From assembly GCA_963814375.1 (NCBI GenBank), contig CAWFCQ010000007.1:224001-288000 (forward strand): a stretch of 64,000 nucleotides of DNA, in the 5' to 3' direction. This document shows positions 54,690-63,471 of the stretch, piece by piece. Source of the stretch: an uncultured Chloroflexia bacterium (GTDB lineage: Bacteria; Chloroflexota; Limnocylindria; QHBO01). Made by a program: the position numbers and the translations under genes. The notes under the pieces were generated by a model that saw only the letters and a program-made list of their open reading frames with translations, ran no database searches and was not told where the DNA came from. Positions within the stretch are counted from its first letter, which is position 1, and the number at the start of each line of letters is the position of its first letter.

Positions 54690-55637
54690 ATGTCGCCACC
54701 CGTCGACGCCGGGGAACCGCAGCCCAACGCGACGCGTGGGCTCGTCCTGCGTGCCCGGTCCGGCTTCTACACGATCGCCACGACGGAAGGTGACCTCGTG
54801 GAGGCACGGATACGGGGCCGCGTGAAGCGCGAGCGACAGACCTCGGACCTCGCCGTCATCGGCGATCGCGTCCTCCTCGAGCGGCTCCCCGACGGGACCG
54901 GGGCCATCTCCGAGGTCGAGCCGCGGCGTCGGCGCTTCAGCCGACGCCAGCCCGGACCTCGAGGCGCCTGGCGGGAGGACATCCTCGTCGCCAATCCCGA
55001 TCTCGTGGCCGTCGTCTTCTCATGTGATCGGCCACCGCCCAACCCTCGGCTCGTCGACCGCTTCCTCGTCAACGCCGAGTACAACGAGGTCCCGGCGCTG
55101 CTGGTCGCCAACAAGGTCGACCTCGTCGGCGCGGAGGCGGCGCGCAGCCAGTTCGGGACCTACGAGGCCATCGGATACGACGTCGTGTACGCCAGCGCGA
55201 AGGCAGCCATCGGTCTCGATCAGCTGCGAGAGCGGCTCGCTGGCAGGCTCTCCATCGTCGCCGGACCGTCGGGGGTGGGAAAGTCGACGCTGCTCAACGC
55301 GATCCAGCCGGGACTCCAGATCACGACCGCCGAGGTCTCGGAGGCGCTGCACAAGGGACGCCACACGACGACGCTGGCCGAGCTTCACCCACTCGACGGC
55401 CCCGATGGCGGCTACGTGGCGGACACGCCGGGCATCCGTGAGCTCGGGCTGTGGGAGATCCCATCCACCGAGCTGGCGTCGTGCTTCCCCGAGTTCCGCG
55501 ACCACCTCGGTGCGTGCGCCTTCAACGATTGCTCGCACCTGCACGAGCCGCGCTGCGGGCTCCGAGCGGCGGTCGCGGCCGGGCTCGTCAGCGAGGACCG
55601 CTACGACTCGTACCGGCGGATGCTCGCCGGCGGGTGA
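54690..55637 (+). CDS. rsgA: Ribosome small subunit-dependent GTPase A
   Basis: NKVD, GPSGVGKS, GRHTT, DTPG, C-x4-C-x-H-x5-C. Confidence 0.95.
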   Translation: MSPPVDAGEPQPNATRGLVLRARSGFYTIATTEGDLVEARIRGRVKRERQTSDLAVIGDRVLLERLPDGTGAISEVEPRRRRFSRRQPGPRGAWREDILVANPDLVAVVFSCDRPPPNPRLVDRFLVNAEYNEVPALLVANKVDLVGAEAARSQFGTYEAIGYDVVYASAKAAIGLDQLRERLAGRLSIVAGPSGVGKSTLLNAIQPGLQITTAEVSEALHKGRHTTTLAELHPLDGPDGGYVADTPGIRELGLWEIPSTELASCFPEFRDHLGACAFNDCSHLHEPRCGLRAAVAAGLVSEDRYDSYRRMLAGG

Positions 55638-55656
55638 CCTCTACAATCCGCCCACC

Positions 55657-56343
55657 ATGGAGATCGCGCCGGCCGTTCACCAGGTGCGGATGCTCGGTGC
55701 CGACGCCTTCCTCATCGCCGAGGAGCGTCTGACGCTGATCGATGCCGGCATGGTCGGCTCGCGGCTGATGCTCGAGCGCTACCTGCGCCGCATCGGCCGT
55801 CGGATGGACGAGCTGGAGCGGATCATCTGCACGCACGGCCACCCCGATCACATCGGCGGGCTGCGCGAGCTCGTCCGCGACCGCGGCGACGTGGCGGTCC
55901 TCATCCATCCCGACGACCTCGCCGGGCTGAGGCTTCCGCTCCGGGACGCCCTCGCGCGCACCGATGATCGTGCGGTACGACGGGGGCGGCTCATCCAGTA
56001 CCTGACCCGCGCTCCGTCCGATCCAACACCCATCGTCGACGGCGAGCTGATCCCGGTGCTCGGAGGGCTGCGCGTGGTCCACACGCCCGGCCACACGCCG
56101 GGAAGCGTCTGCCTCTACGCCGAGCAATCGCGCATCCTCTTCACCGGTGACGTGCTCCAGGTCGAGCGCGGCCACCTCGCCTTCGCCAGCGCCTTCTTCA
56201 GCCACGACCATGCCGGCGCGCGCGCGTCGGTCGAGCGCCTCGCCATGCTGGACGTCGAGAAGATCGCGTTCTCCCACTACCCGCCGTGGACCGTGGACGC
56301 GACAGCCGCGCTGCGCGACCTGGCGGCGGCCGCCGCATCGTGA
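55657..56343 (+). CDS. MBL-fold metallo-hydrolase
   Basis: THGHPDHIGG, TPGHTPG, FTGD. Confidence 0.88.
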   Translation: MEIAPAVHQVRMLGADAFLIAEERLTLIDAGMVGSRLMLERYLRRIGRRMDELERIICTHGHPDHIGGLRELVRDRGDVAVLIHPDDLAGLRLPLRDALARTDDRAVRRGRLIQYLTRAPSDPTPIVDGELIPVLGGLRVVHTPGHTPGSVCLYAEQSRILFTGDVLQVERGHLAFASAFFSHDHAGARASVERLAMLDVEKIAFSHYPPWTVDATAALRDLAAAAAS

Positions 56344-56371
56344 CCGCTGGTCGACGCGGCCGCGCTCTGAC

Positions 56372-57760
56372 TCACCGCGTCGCGATGATGGCGTAGGTCA
56401 CCGCGAAGGTCGCCTCCGCGAAGAGCGCGACGCGATCAAGGTCGACGTTGCCGATGTCATCGCAGGCGAGGTGATAGCACGCGTCCGGCGCCGGCCCGCC
56501 CCCACCGGCTCCGGGCTGGGCAGCCGAGCCGGTCTCGCTGGCGCCGGCGAAGAGGCCGCCGGTCGGGATGCCGGCGGCGGCAAAGCCGAAGTGATCCGAC
56601 GACCCGCCGAGGTCGACCGACTCGAACTCCTCCCCGCGCTCGGTGAGCCAAGCCTCGTAGCTCGAGGTGATCGCTGCCGAGCCCTCGGGCGCGCTCGGCT
56701 CGTCGTACACGAGGGTCGCCCCGTCGAGCGATCCTGCCATGTCGATGTTGAGGTAGGCGGCGGGGTCGTCCTCCAGCGACTCGACGTAGGCGCGCGATCC
56801 GATCGTGCCGAGCTCCTCGGCTCCCCACAGTCCGATGCGGACCGCCGAACCGTCCGGGACGCCGCCCTCGGAGAGGCCGCGCGCGATCTCGAGCATCGCC
56901 GCGACGCCGCTGCCGTTGTCATTCAACCCGGGCCCATCCAGCACCGAGTCGAGATGGGCGCCGAGCATGACCACATCCTCGCCGTCTCCCAGCTGGGCCA
57001 CGACGTTGCGAAGCGTCGCCGGCGCACGCTCGGTCTCGATGACCAGTCGGACCGGCTCGTCACCCATGGCCCCCAGCGCCTCCACCGCCTCGCCGGTGAC
57101 GCTGACGACCGGGAGCTCGATGCCTTCCGGCTCGATGAGCGTGGGGCGGAAGATCTCCCCGGGTCCGCGGTCCGGATAGCCGACGAGCAGCGCCGCGGCG
57201 CCGGCCTGTGCTGCGTTGAGGGCCTGCTGACGCCTGAAGCAGCCACCCTGGACCGTGAGCGCGATCTCGCCATCCTCGACCGCCGAGAAGTGCTCGGGCT
57301 CGCACCCGCTCTCGTCGAGCAATCGGACCCGTCCGGTGACGTCGCCGCCAGGCGAGTAGATGAGGGCGTGCAGCTCGTCCGGTGCGAGGAAGGCGCGCTC
57401 GCCGACCTCGAGCCGGCCGCCGGGGAGCTCACGGAACCCGGTAAACGACACCTCGGGGGTTGACACCTCGAAGCCGAGATCGCGCAGCGCATCGGCCGCG
57501 TAGTCCACCGATGCCTCATACCCGGCGGTCCCGGCGAATCGGATCCCCTCGTTAGCGTCCGCGATGGCCTGGAGCGCCTCGAGGTGCTCACGGAGCCGGT
57601 CGACGTCGGCGACGAAAGACGGAGACGCGGGAAGGCTCGCATCGACGTTGCTGGCAGCTGGTGCGTCCGGGCTCGCGGGTGAGGTCGAGGGTGCCTGGAT
57701 CCCGCAGGCGGCGAGGAGCAGCGCGAAGAGCGCCGGGGCGACGCGCCGTGATCGGTTCAT
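56372..57760 (-). CDS. M28 aminopeptidase lipoprotein with PA domain
   Basis: LLAACG lipobox; GAHLDSV, NDNGSG, WGAEE, YLNIDM, SDH, YH. Confidence 0.9.
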   Translation of the reverse strand: MNRSRRVAPALFALLLAACGIQAPSTSPASPDAPAASNVDASLPASPSFVADVDRLREHLEALQAIADANEGIRFAGTAGYEASVDYAADALRDLGFEVSTPEVSFTGFRELPGGRLEVGERAFLAPDELHALIYSPGGDVTGRVRLLDESGCEPEHFSAVEDGEIALTVQGGCFRRQQALNAAQAGAAALLVGYPDRGPGEIFRPTLIEPEGIELPVVSVTGEAVEALGAMGDEPVRLVIETERAPATLRNVVAQLGDGEDVVMLGAHLDSVLDGPGLNDNGSGVAAMLEIARGLSEGGVPDGSAVRIGLWGAEELGTIGSRAYVESLEDDPAAYLNIDMAGSLDGATLVYDEPSAPEGSAAITSSYEAWLTERGEEFESVDLGGSSDHFGFAAAGIPTGGLFAGASETGSAAQPGAGGGGPAPDACYHLACDDIGNVDLDRVALFAEATFAVTYAIIATR

Positions 57761-57794
57761 CTGCACACCGATACCCCGCCGAGCGGCGGACGGT

Positions 57795-59420
57795 TCATGT
57801 CCGGGACAGCGCTCCGCGGTACAGGTCGAGCAGCCGCGTGCTCAGTCCAGGCCCCGACGAGACCAGCTCACGGAACTCGTCGGCCTCGAGGGCCAGGAGG
57901 CGCGTCTCGCCGACGGCGGTCACCGATGCGGTGCGAGGCGAGTGACGGAGCAGCCCGATCTCACCGAAGAGGTCACCAGGGCCGAGATCGCGCAGGTGAA
58001 GGCCGGCCGGCCCCTGCGTGACCCGGACCGTCCCCTCCTCGATGAGATAGAACCGATCCGACGCGTCCCCCTCGCGCACCACGACCGTGCCGGCAACGGC
58101 CTCCATCGGCCGCAGCTGGCGAGCGGCCGTCTCGAGCCGGGCAGCGGGCAGCCCGGCGAAGATGGGGTGCTCGAGGAGGCGGGCACGCGCCGGATCGAGG
58201 GGCTCCGGCTCACCGCGGCCACCGGACAGGGCGAGCGCCGCGAGAACGCCACCCACCGAGACGACCGCGCAGCCGATCAGCACCTGGGCCACGCCGATCG
58301 CGCCGGCGAGCACCGGGACGATCAACGAGCCGAGGCTGTAGAGGATGGCGGAGGTGGTCTGCAGAACACCCATCGCGCGGCCGCGAAGGGCGTCGGGCAC
58401 GATCCGCTGGATGAGCGTGGTGTTGACCACGTCGAGCAGGAGGAGACCGGCAACCGCGATCGCCATCGCCACCATCGCCGCCGGCAGATTTCCGGCGAAC
58501 GCCAGCCAGGCGAGCCCGATGCCTCCCACGATCCCGCCGATGAGCAGCGGCACGCTGAGGCGGCGGGCCAGCAGCGCCCCGCCGGCGATGCCCGCCACCA
58601 CACCCCCGACGCCCGTCGCCGCGTTGAGGTACCCAGTGCCGGCCTCCCCCGCATCCAGGACGTCGAGGGCGATCACGACCGTCAGCACGCCCAGCCCGCC
58701 GCCCACCAGGCTGGTCGCCGAGTCGAGGACGAACGGGCCCGACAGCGGACCGACCAGCGATCGCCAACCGGGCGGCGCGGGAGCTTCGACAGCGTCGCCG
58801 GCCAATTCCTCGCCTGGCGCTGTCGAGGACGACGGGACCTTCAGTCGCCAGAGCACCACGGCGACGACACCGAACGACACGGCGTTGAGCAGGAATGCCC
58901 CGGCGAGATAGCCGGTGGCGAGGAGGATGCCGGCCAAAGCGGGACCGACGATGAAGGCGACGTTGTCGAGCGTGGCCCATGCGCTGTTGGCCGGCCCGAG
59001 GTCGCGCTCGTCGACCAGCATCGGCAGCAACGAGGCGATCGCCGGCCCGAAGAAGGTCGAGAAGCAGGCGGCCAGGATCGAGAGCGCCACGATCACGATG
59101 GTCGGCGCGCCCGCGACGACCGCCGCGGCCAGGGCGAGCATGATCACGCCACGCGCGACATCGGTGACGAGAAGGACCATGCGACGGTCGTATCGGTCAG
59201 CGACGATCCCCGCCGGCACGGACAGCAGGACGTACGGGAGGATGCGGGCGGCACCCACGATCCCGAGCAGGACCGGTGAGCTGCTCTCGGCGTAGACGAC
59301 CACGAGGACGGCGACGAGGTAGAGCCAATCGCCGATGCCGGAGATGAACTCGCCGATCAGCAGGCGCGCCAGCGCGCCGTTGCGGCGGAAGAGGTCGATG
59401 TAGGTCCCGAAGAGGCTCAC
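57795..59420 (-). CDS. MFS transporter fused to a C-terminal cyclic-nucleotide-binding domain
   Basis: About 12 TM with GIVADRYDRR; C-terminal VVREGD...FYLIEEG...LGPGDLFGEIGLL...RTASV. Confidence 0.9.
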   Translation of the reverse strand: MSLFGTYIDLFRRNGALARLLIGEFISGIGDWLYLVAVLVVVYAESSSPVLLGIVGAARILPYVLLSVPAGIVADRYDRRMVLLVTDVARGVIMLALAAAVVAGAPTIVIVALSILAACFSTFFGPAIASLLPMLVDERDLGPANSAWATLDNVAFIVGPALAGILLATGYLAGAFLLNAVSFGVVAVVLWRLKVPSSSTAPGEELAGDAVEAPAPPGWRSLVGPLSGPFVLDSATSLVGGGLGVLTVVIALDVLDAGEAGTGYLNAATGVGGVVAGIAGGALLARRLSVPLLIGGIVGGIGLAWLAFAGNLPAAMVAMAIAVAGLLLLDVVNTTLIQRIVPDALRGRAMGVLQTTSAILYSLGSLIVPVLAGAIGVAQVLIGCAVVSVGGVLAALALSGGRGEPEPLDPARARLLEHPIFAGLPAARLETAARQLRPMEAVAGTVVVREGDASDRFYLIEEGTVRVTQGPAGLHLRDLGPGDLFGEIGLLRHSPRTASVTAVGETRLLALEADEFRELVSSGPGLSTRLLDLYRGALSRT

Positions 59421-60265
59421 TCCGCCGAGCCGGCCCGGTGGCGCCACGGATGTCGGCGGCCCGGATTGTCGGCCACGCTGGTCAGCACCGCCTTGACCTC
59501 GAACGGGCTGAGGCCGGGATGCTTCGAGAGGATCAGGGCCACCAGGCCCGCGATGTGCGGCGCCGCGAAGCTATTGCCCGTGGCCACCGTCGAGCCGCCA
59601 TCCTTCCAGGCGATCGGGACGTCCACCCCCCAGGCGCCGAACTCGACCGGAGGGGACGGGTTGTAGTAGATCCGCCACGGATCGGGCTCGGGATGGGCGG
59701 CAACCGAGAAGACCGATGAGAAGAGCGATGGATAGCTCGGCGCCGGCACGTTGTTCGCGGCGCTGACCAGGGCCATCGACTGGAAGTAGGCGCGATCGGC
59801 CAGATCGTGGAAGACCGGATACAGCGACTCGCTCTTCGAGGAGAGACTTAGGTTGCAGACCTCGAGCCCCTGCTCGATCGCCCACTCCAGCCCCGCCGCG
59901 AAGGCCGTCCCCTTGCCGCGCAGGTCGGCGCCGAGGACGCGGATCGAGACCAGCTCGACCTCCGGCGCCATCGACAGGATGATGCCGCCGCACGCCGTGC
60001 CGTGGCCGAACATGTCGACGCCCTCGTCGGGAACGACGACGGGCCCATCGTCGGTCATCTCGACGGTGACGTTCTGGACGACGCGGCCGGCGAGACGTGG
60101 GTGGTCGTTCTCGAGCCCCGAGTCGATGATCCCGACCCGCACCCCGGCCCCCGTCGCGCCGCCCCAGGCCCAGTCGCGCGTGAGGCCGCGCAGGCGAAGC
60201 CGCCGACGCAGCTCGCGACGGGGATTGGCGAACGGCTCAGACCATGCCGGCAGCTCCGGCGTCAT
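59417..60265 (-). CDS. Small cytoplasmic S8 (subtilisin-like) serine peptidase
   Basis: IIDSG, GHGTAC, SAANN, GNSFAAP; no signal peptide. Confidence 0.92.
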   Translation of the reverse strand: MTPELPAWSEPFANPRRELRRRLRLRGLTRDWAWGGATGAGVRVGIIDSGLENDHPRLAGRVVQNVTVEMTDDGPVVVPDEGVDMFGHGTACGGIILSMAPEVELVSIRVLGADLRGKGTAFAAGLEWAIEQGLEVCNLSLSSKSESLYPVFHDLADRAYFQSMALVSAANNVPAPSYPSLFSSVFSVAAHPEPDPWRIYYNPSPPVEFGAWGVDVPIAWKDGGSTVATGNSFAAPHIAGLVALILSKHPGLSPFEVKAVLTSVADNPGRRHPWRHRAGSAE

Positions 60266-61041
60266 CGGCGCATGGAGCTGCGCTGGCCACGCTCAGCATG
60301 ACCGGCGACGACCTCGAGAATATCGGCCACCAGGTCGAGCTCCCGGTCGCTGAGCCCGCGGAGCCGCGCGACCTGGTCGACGAGCCGCCAGAAGGGCGCA
60401 TCCTCGTCAGCGTCGAGGCCCGCCGTCGCCGTCGAGACCGCCGCCTCGACCTCGGCATCGGTCAGCTCGCCGCCGAGCTCGCGAAGCACGGTGCCGATCA
60501 GCCGCGTCGTGTCGCGTTGCACCTTGGCCGCCCCGATGGCAACCGTTGCCTGGCCGGCGAAGACGCCGAGCAGCTCCATGTCTCGCAGCGAGAAGGTGGC
60601 CGATGAATGCTTGTCGAGGACCTGGAGGACGCCGACCACGGCGTCCTCGCCGGTCAGTGGCGCAGCGGCGATCGAGCGCGGGACATAGCCCGTCTGCTCG
60701 GCGGCGTCGCGATTGAAACGTGGATCGCTGGCGACGTCCGAGAGGGCGAGTGCCTGACCGGTGGAATACACGAAGCCAACGATGCCCTGCGTGGGCGGCA
60801 CAGAGAGGCCGATCGCGCCCGCGCCCTTCTCACCGGCGGCGACGCGAAAAACGAGCCGGTCCGGATCCGGCTCGAAAAGAGCGATGGAGGCGGCCTCGGC
60901 ATCGAAGAGGCGCACCGTGGCGTCGACGATGCTCTGGAGAAGCCTCGTCTCGATGTCGCCCTGGAGCCGCCGACCGACGGCGGAACGCCGCGACGCCGCA
61001 ACGAGTGCGGCGATCGCGGCATCCACCGGAGGGTCTGCCAC
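60262..61041 (-). CDS. Stand-alone GAF-domain protein
   Basis: DAEAASIAL, LVFRVAAG, GIVGFV, DVASDPRF, TGYVPRSIAAAPL, GVLQVLDK, FSLRD. Confidence 0.88.
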   Translation of the reverse strand: MADPPVDAAIAALVAASRRSAVGRRLQGDIETRLLQSIVDATVRLFDAEAASIALFEPDPDRLVFRVAAGEKGAGAIGLSVPPTQGIVGFVYSTGQALALSDVASDPRFNRDAAEQTGYVPRSIAAAPLTGEDAVVGVLQVLDKHSSATFSLRDMELLGVFAGQATVAIGAAKVQRDTTRLIGTVLRELGGELTDAEVEAAVSTATAGLDADEDAPFWRLVDQVARLRGLSDRELDLVADILEVVAGHAERGQRSSMRR

Positions 61042-61057
61042 CGGCGTGGCTACCGGT

Positions 61058-61502
61058 TCAGCGCTTCAGGGTCCCGTGACCCTCGGTGTCGTCTTCCTCG
61101 GCGCGGCGGCTCAGCCCGCCGATGTGGCCCTCAACGTCGTCCTCGTCGGCACGCTTGAGGACGCCGTGGCCCTCCGTGTCGTCCCTCAGCGCGCTTGAGC
61201 ACGCCGTGACCCTCGACGTCGTCTTCGTCGGCACGCTTGAGGACGCCGTGGCCCTCCGTGTCGTCCTCGTCAGCGCGCTTGAGCACGCCGTGACCCTCTG
61301 TGTCGTCCTCATCGGCGCGCTTGAGCACGCCGTGACCCTCGGTGTCGTCGTCAGTCGCGCGGAAGCCCGACTGACCGCCTTCCTGGATTCTCTCGTCGTC
61401 CATCATGTGACCCTCCACTGAATCGTCATCGTGTGCCTCCCCGCCGAGCGAACCCGGTCGGGAGAAGCCCTCCATCGGCGGACGCCGCCGGTAGTTGTCC
61501 AT
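61058..61502 (-). CDS. Tandem-repeat acidic peptide precursor-like protein (about 148 aa after repairing a 2-nt deletion near 61184)
   Basis: ORFs 61131-61502 and 61058-61312 join into one repeat protein; AAGGA RBS; synonymous differences between units. Confidence 0.8.
61061..61355 (-). repeat. Seven roughly 42-bp coding tandem repeats (ADEDD[T/V]EGHGVLKR and variants)
   Basis: Five units end GVLKR, one IGGLSRR, one GTLKR; an eighth degenerate DDDSVEGH lies upstream. Confidence 0.92.
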
Positions 61503-61562
61503 GCGATCCTTCGCCTCCTAGCTGGCAGCGTACTCGCATCCAATGTCACGAATCCTAGGCCC

Positions 61563-61627
61563 GGTGATGACTTTCGCAGCATCGCTGACCGGACAGATCC
61601 GATGTCGGTTACGCGACAGTGTTCACC
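61563..61627. promoter_or_regulatory. Two candidate CRP-family binding sites
   Basis: GGTGA-N6-TCGCA (61563-61578, 8/10 match to TGTGA-N6-TCACA) and CGCGA-N6-TCACC (61612-61627, 7/10). Confidence 0.5.
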
Positions 61628-62318
61628 GCGCTCCGTGCCGCTCGAGCTCCGCGAGATCGTGGATCACGAGCGTGTCACGTTCGATGCTGATGAGTCCGTC
61701 GTCGACCAAACCGCTCAGAAGCTTGTTCACGCTCTGGCGCGTTCCGCCGATCATGGCGGCCAGGTCGGACTGAGTGTAGGGCCAGTCGAGCTCGACCCGG
61801 CCGGTGGCCTGCGGCGAGGCGTCCCGAGCCACGCGCACGAGGCGCATCGAGAGGCGGCCCGCAAGGTCCAGGAAGTGCAGCTCCTCGACGTGACCGGTGA
61901 GGCGCCGCAGCTCCTCTGCCAGGGCGTGGAGGAGGGCGGTCACGAGATGCGGATCATCCCTGAGCAGGTTGAGGAACGGCTCGCGCGGCAGGGCCAACGT
62001 CTCGGTCGGCTCGATCGCCGTAGCCGTGGTTGACCTGGGCGAGCTGTCGAGCAGCGCGAGCTCGCCGAAGAAGTCCCCCGGCTTGAGGCTGGCGATGATC
62101 GCCTCCTCGCCCTCCGTCGACGGCAGGACGATCTTGACGCCGCCGGCCGCCACCACCTGGAGCGAATCGCCGATGTCACCCTGGTGGAAGATCACCTCGT
62201 TGCGCCGGAAGCGCCGCCTGCGCATCTGCGCCGCGATCGCGCGGAGGGCCTCGTCGGTGACGTGCGCAAAGAGGGCGCACCGCCGAAGGCTGTCGACCGC
62301 CAGGGATTCGTCCAGCAC
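61623..62318 (-). CDS. Crp/Fnr-family regulator (cAMP-receptor type)
   Basis: IFHQGD, PGDFFGELALLD..PRS, HTH TQSDLAAMIGGTRQSVNK. Confidence 0.93.
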   Translation of the reverse strand: MLDESLAVDSLRRCALFAHVTDEALRAIAAQMRRRRFRRNEVIFHQGDIGDSLQVVAAGGVKIVLPSTEGEEAIIASLKPGDFFGELALLDSSPRSTTATAIEPTETLALPREPFLNLLRDDPHLVTALLHALAEELRRLTGHVEELHFLDLAGRLSMRLVRVARDASPQATGRVELDWPYTQSDLAAMIGGTRQSVNKLLSGLVDDGLISIERDTLVIHDLAELERHGAR

Positions 62319-62571
62319 GCGTGATCCTCAGACTCGGGCGAATGAGCAGGGCAGTGCGGACACTCTCGTGGTGTGCCTCTCCGCCGTCAAGGGGTCACCA
62401 ACGCGTTTTCCCCAGGTGTCATGCGGCCGACACGAGGAGCGCCGCGGACGGACATCACGCCCATCGGGACGTTGACGACCCGGCTGTCGCCCGCTTGCTC
62501 ACGAGGACGGGCACAGCGGCGGGAGGATGGCACCAGGCAAACGAGCCCACAACGCTCGAAGGAGGAATCCG

Positions 62572-62847
62572 ATGCTCGGCCCGAACCACCACACATTCCA
62601 CCTGGCGAATGAGGCATATGACAAGCGGGTCCAGCATGCGGCTCGGATCCAGGCGATCAAGCAGGATCGCGAGGACGGCACGCAGCCGGTCAACCTCGAG
62701 GGCCATCGCTTCATCACCGCTCGGCGACTGGCCGCCGCTGGCATTGCCGGCTTCGTCCTCACCGCCGCGATCGCTGCCGGAGGGGCCGGCATCGCCGCCG
62801 CCTCGCCGAACCACGCTTCCGGTGGAGGCGCGATCCAGATTCGCTGA
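62572..62847 (+). CDS. Small hypothetical protein with a C-terminal hydrophobic segment
   Basis: GGAGG at 62561, ATG at 62572, 91 aa, followed by a hairpin. Confidence 0.65.
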   Translation: MLGPNHHTFHLANEAYDKRVQHAARIQAIKQDREDGTQPVNLEGHRFITARRLAAAGIAGFVLTAAIAAGGAGIAAASPNHASGGGAIQIR

Positions 62848-62871
62848 CACCCCCAAACACGACGATCAACC

Positions 62872-62903
62872 ACCGACGCCGGGACCTACCCCTCGGCGTC
62901 GGT
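62872..62903 (+). terminator. GC-rich hairpin, probable terminator
   Basis: ACCGACGCCG-N12-CGGCGTCGGT; weak U tail. Confidence 0.6.
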
Positions 62904-62945
62904 TCCGCGTTCGGCGGCCTTTGCTAGAATCACGCCCCGTCACCG

Positions 62946-63021
62946 GCGGGAGTAGCTCAGCTGGCAGAGCGCGACCTTCCCAAGGTTGAGGCCGCGGGTT
63001 CGATCCCCGTCTCCCGCTCCA
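62946..63021 (+). tRNA. tRNA-Gly (CCC)
   Basis: Acceptor stem GCGGGAG/CTCCCGC, anticodon arm CGACC-TTCCCAA-GGTTG, GGTTCGATCC T-loop, encoded CCA; 76 nt. Confidence 0.96.
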
Positions 63022-63070
63022 AACCATCCGCGCCGTCATACACGCCCGACACCTCAGGAGCGATGCACCG

Positions 63071-63445
63071 ATGCAGCACGGCGACTTCACCCATATCGAG
63101 ATCCCCGCCGACGACCCCGCCCGAGCGAAGGGGTTCTACGGCGACGTGTTCGGATGGAACTTCCCGCCCGAGATCCCGGGATTCGAGGGTTACCACATGT
63201 TCAGCACGCCGGTGGGCCAGGACGGCTTCGGTGGAGCGATCGGCAAGCGTGGTGAGCTGGCGCCGGACAAGGTCCGGACCTACATCCACGTCGACTCTAT
63301 CGAGGCCACGCTCCCGAAGATCTCCGAGCTCGGCGGCGCGGTCGTCGAGCCCAGGCGCGAGGTGCCGGGCCAGGGTTGGTACGCCGTCTTCACCGATACC
63401 GAGGGCAACGAGCTCGCTCTGTGGGAGACCGGCGACCAGGGCTGA
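63071..63445 (+). CDS. VOC/glyoxalase-family protein
   Basis: HIEIPADD...FYGDVFGW...YIHVDSI...DTEGN. Confidence 0.9.
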   Translation: MQHGDFTHIEIPADDPARAKGFYGDVFGWNFPPEIPGFEGYHMFSTPVGQDGFGGAIGKRGELAPDKVRTYIHVDSIEATLPKISELGGAVVEPRREVPGQGWYAVFTDTEGNELALWETGDQG

Positions 63446-63471
63446 TCGCCCGCGCCCGTATCCTCTCCCGC

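Noticed and set aside
61061-61355. Possible CRISPR array or non-coding VNTR
   Set aside because: No unique spacers and no cas genes; the 42-bp unit is a codon multiple with synonymous variation, so it is coding.
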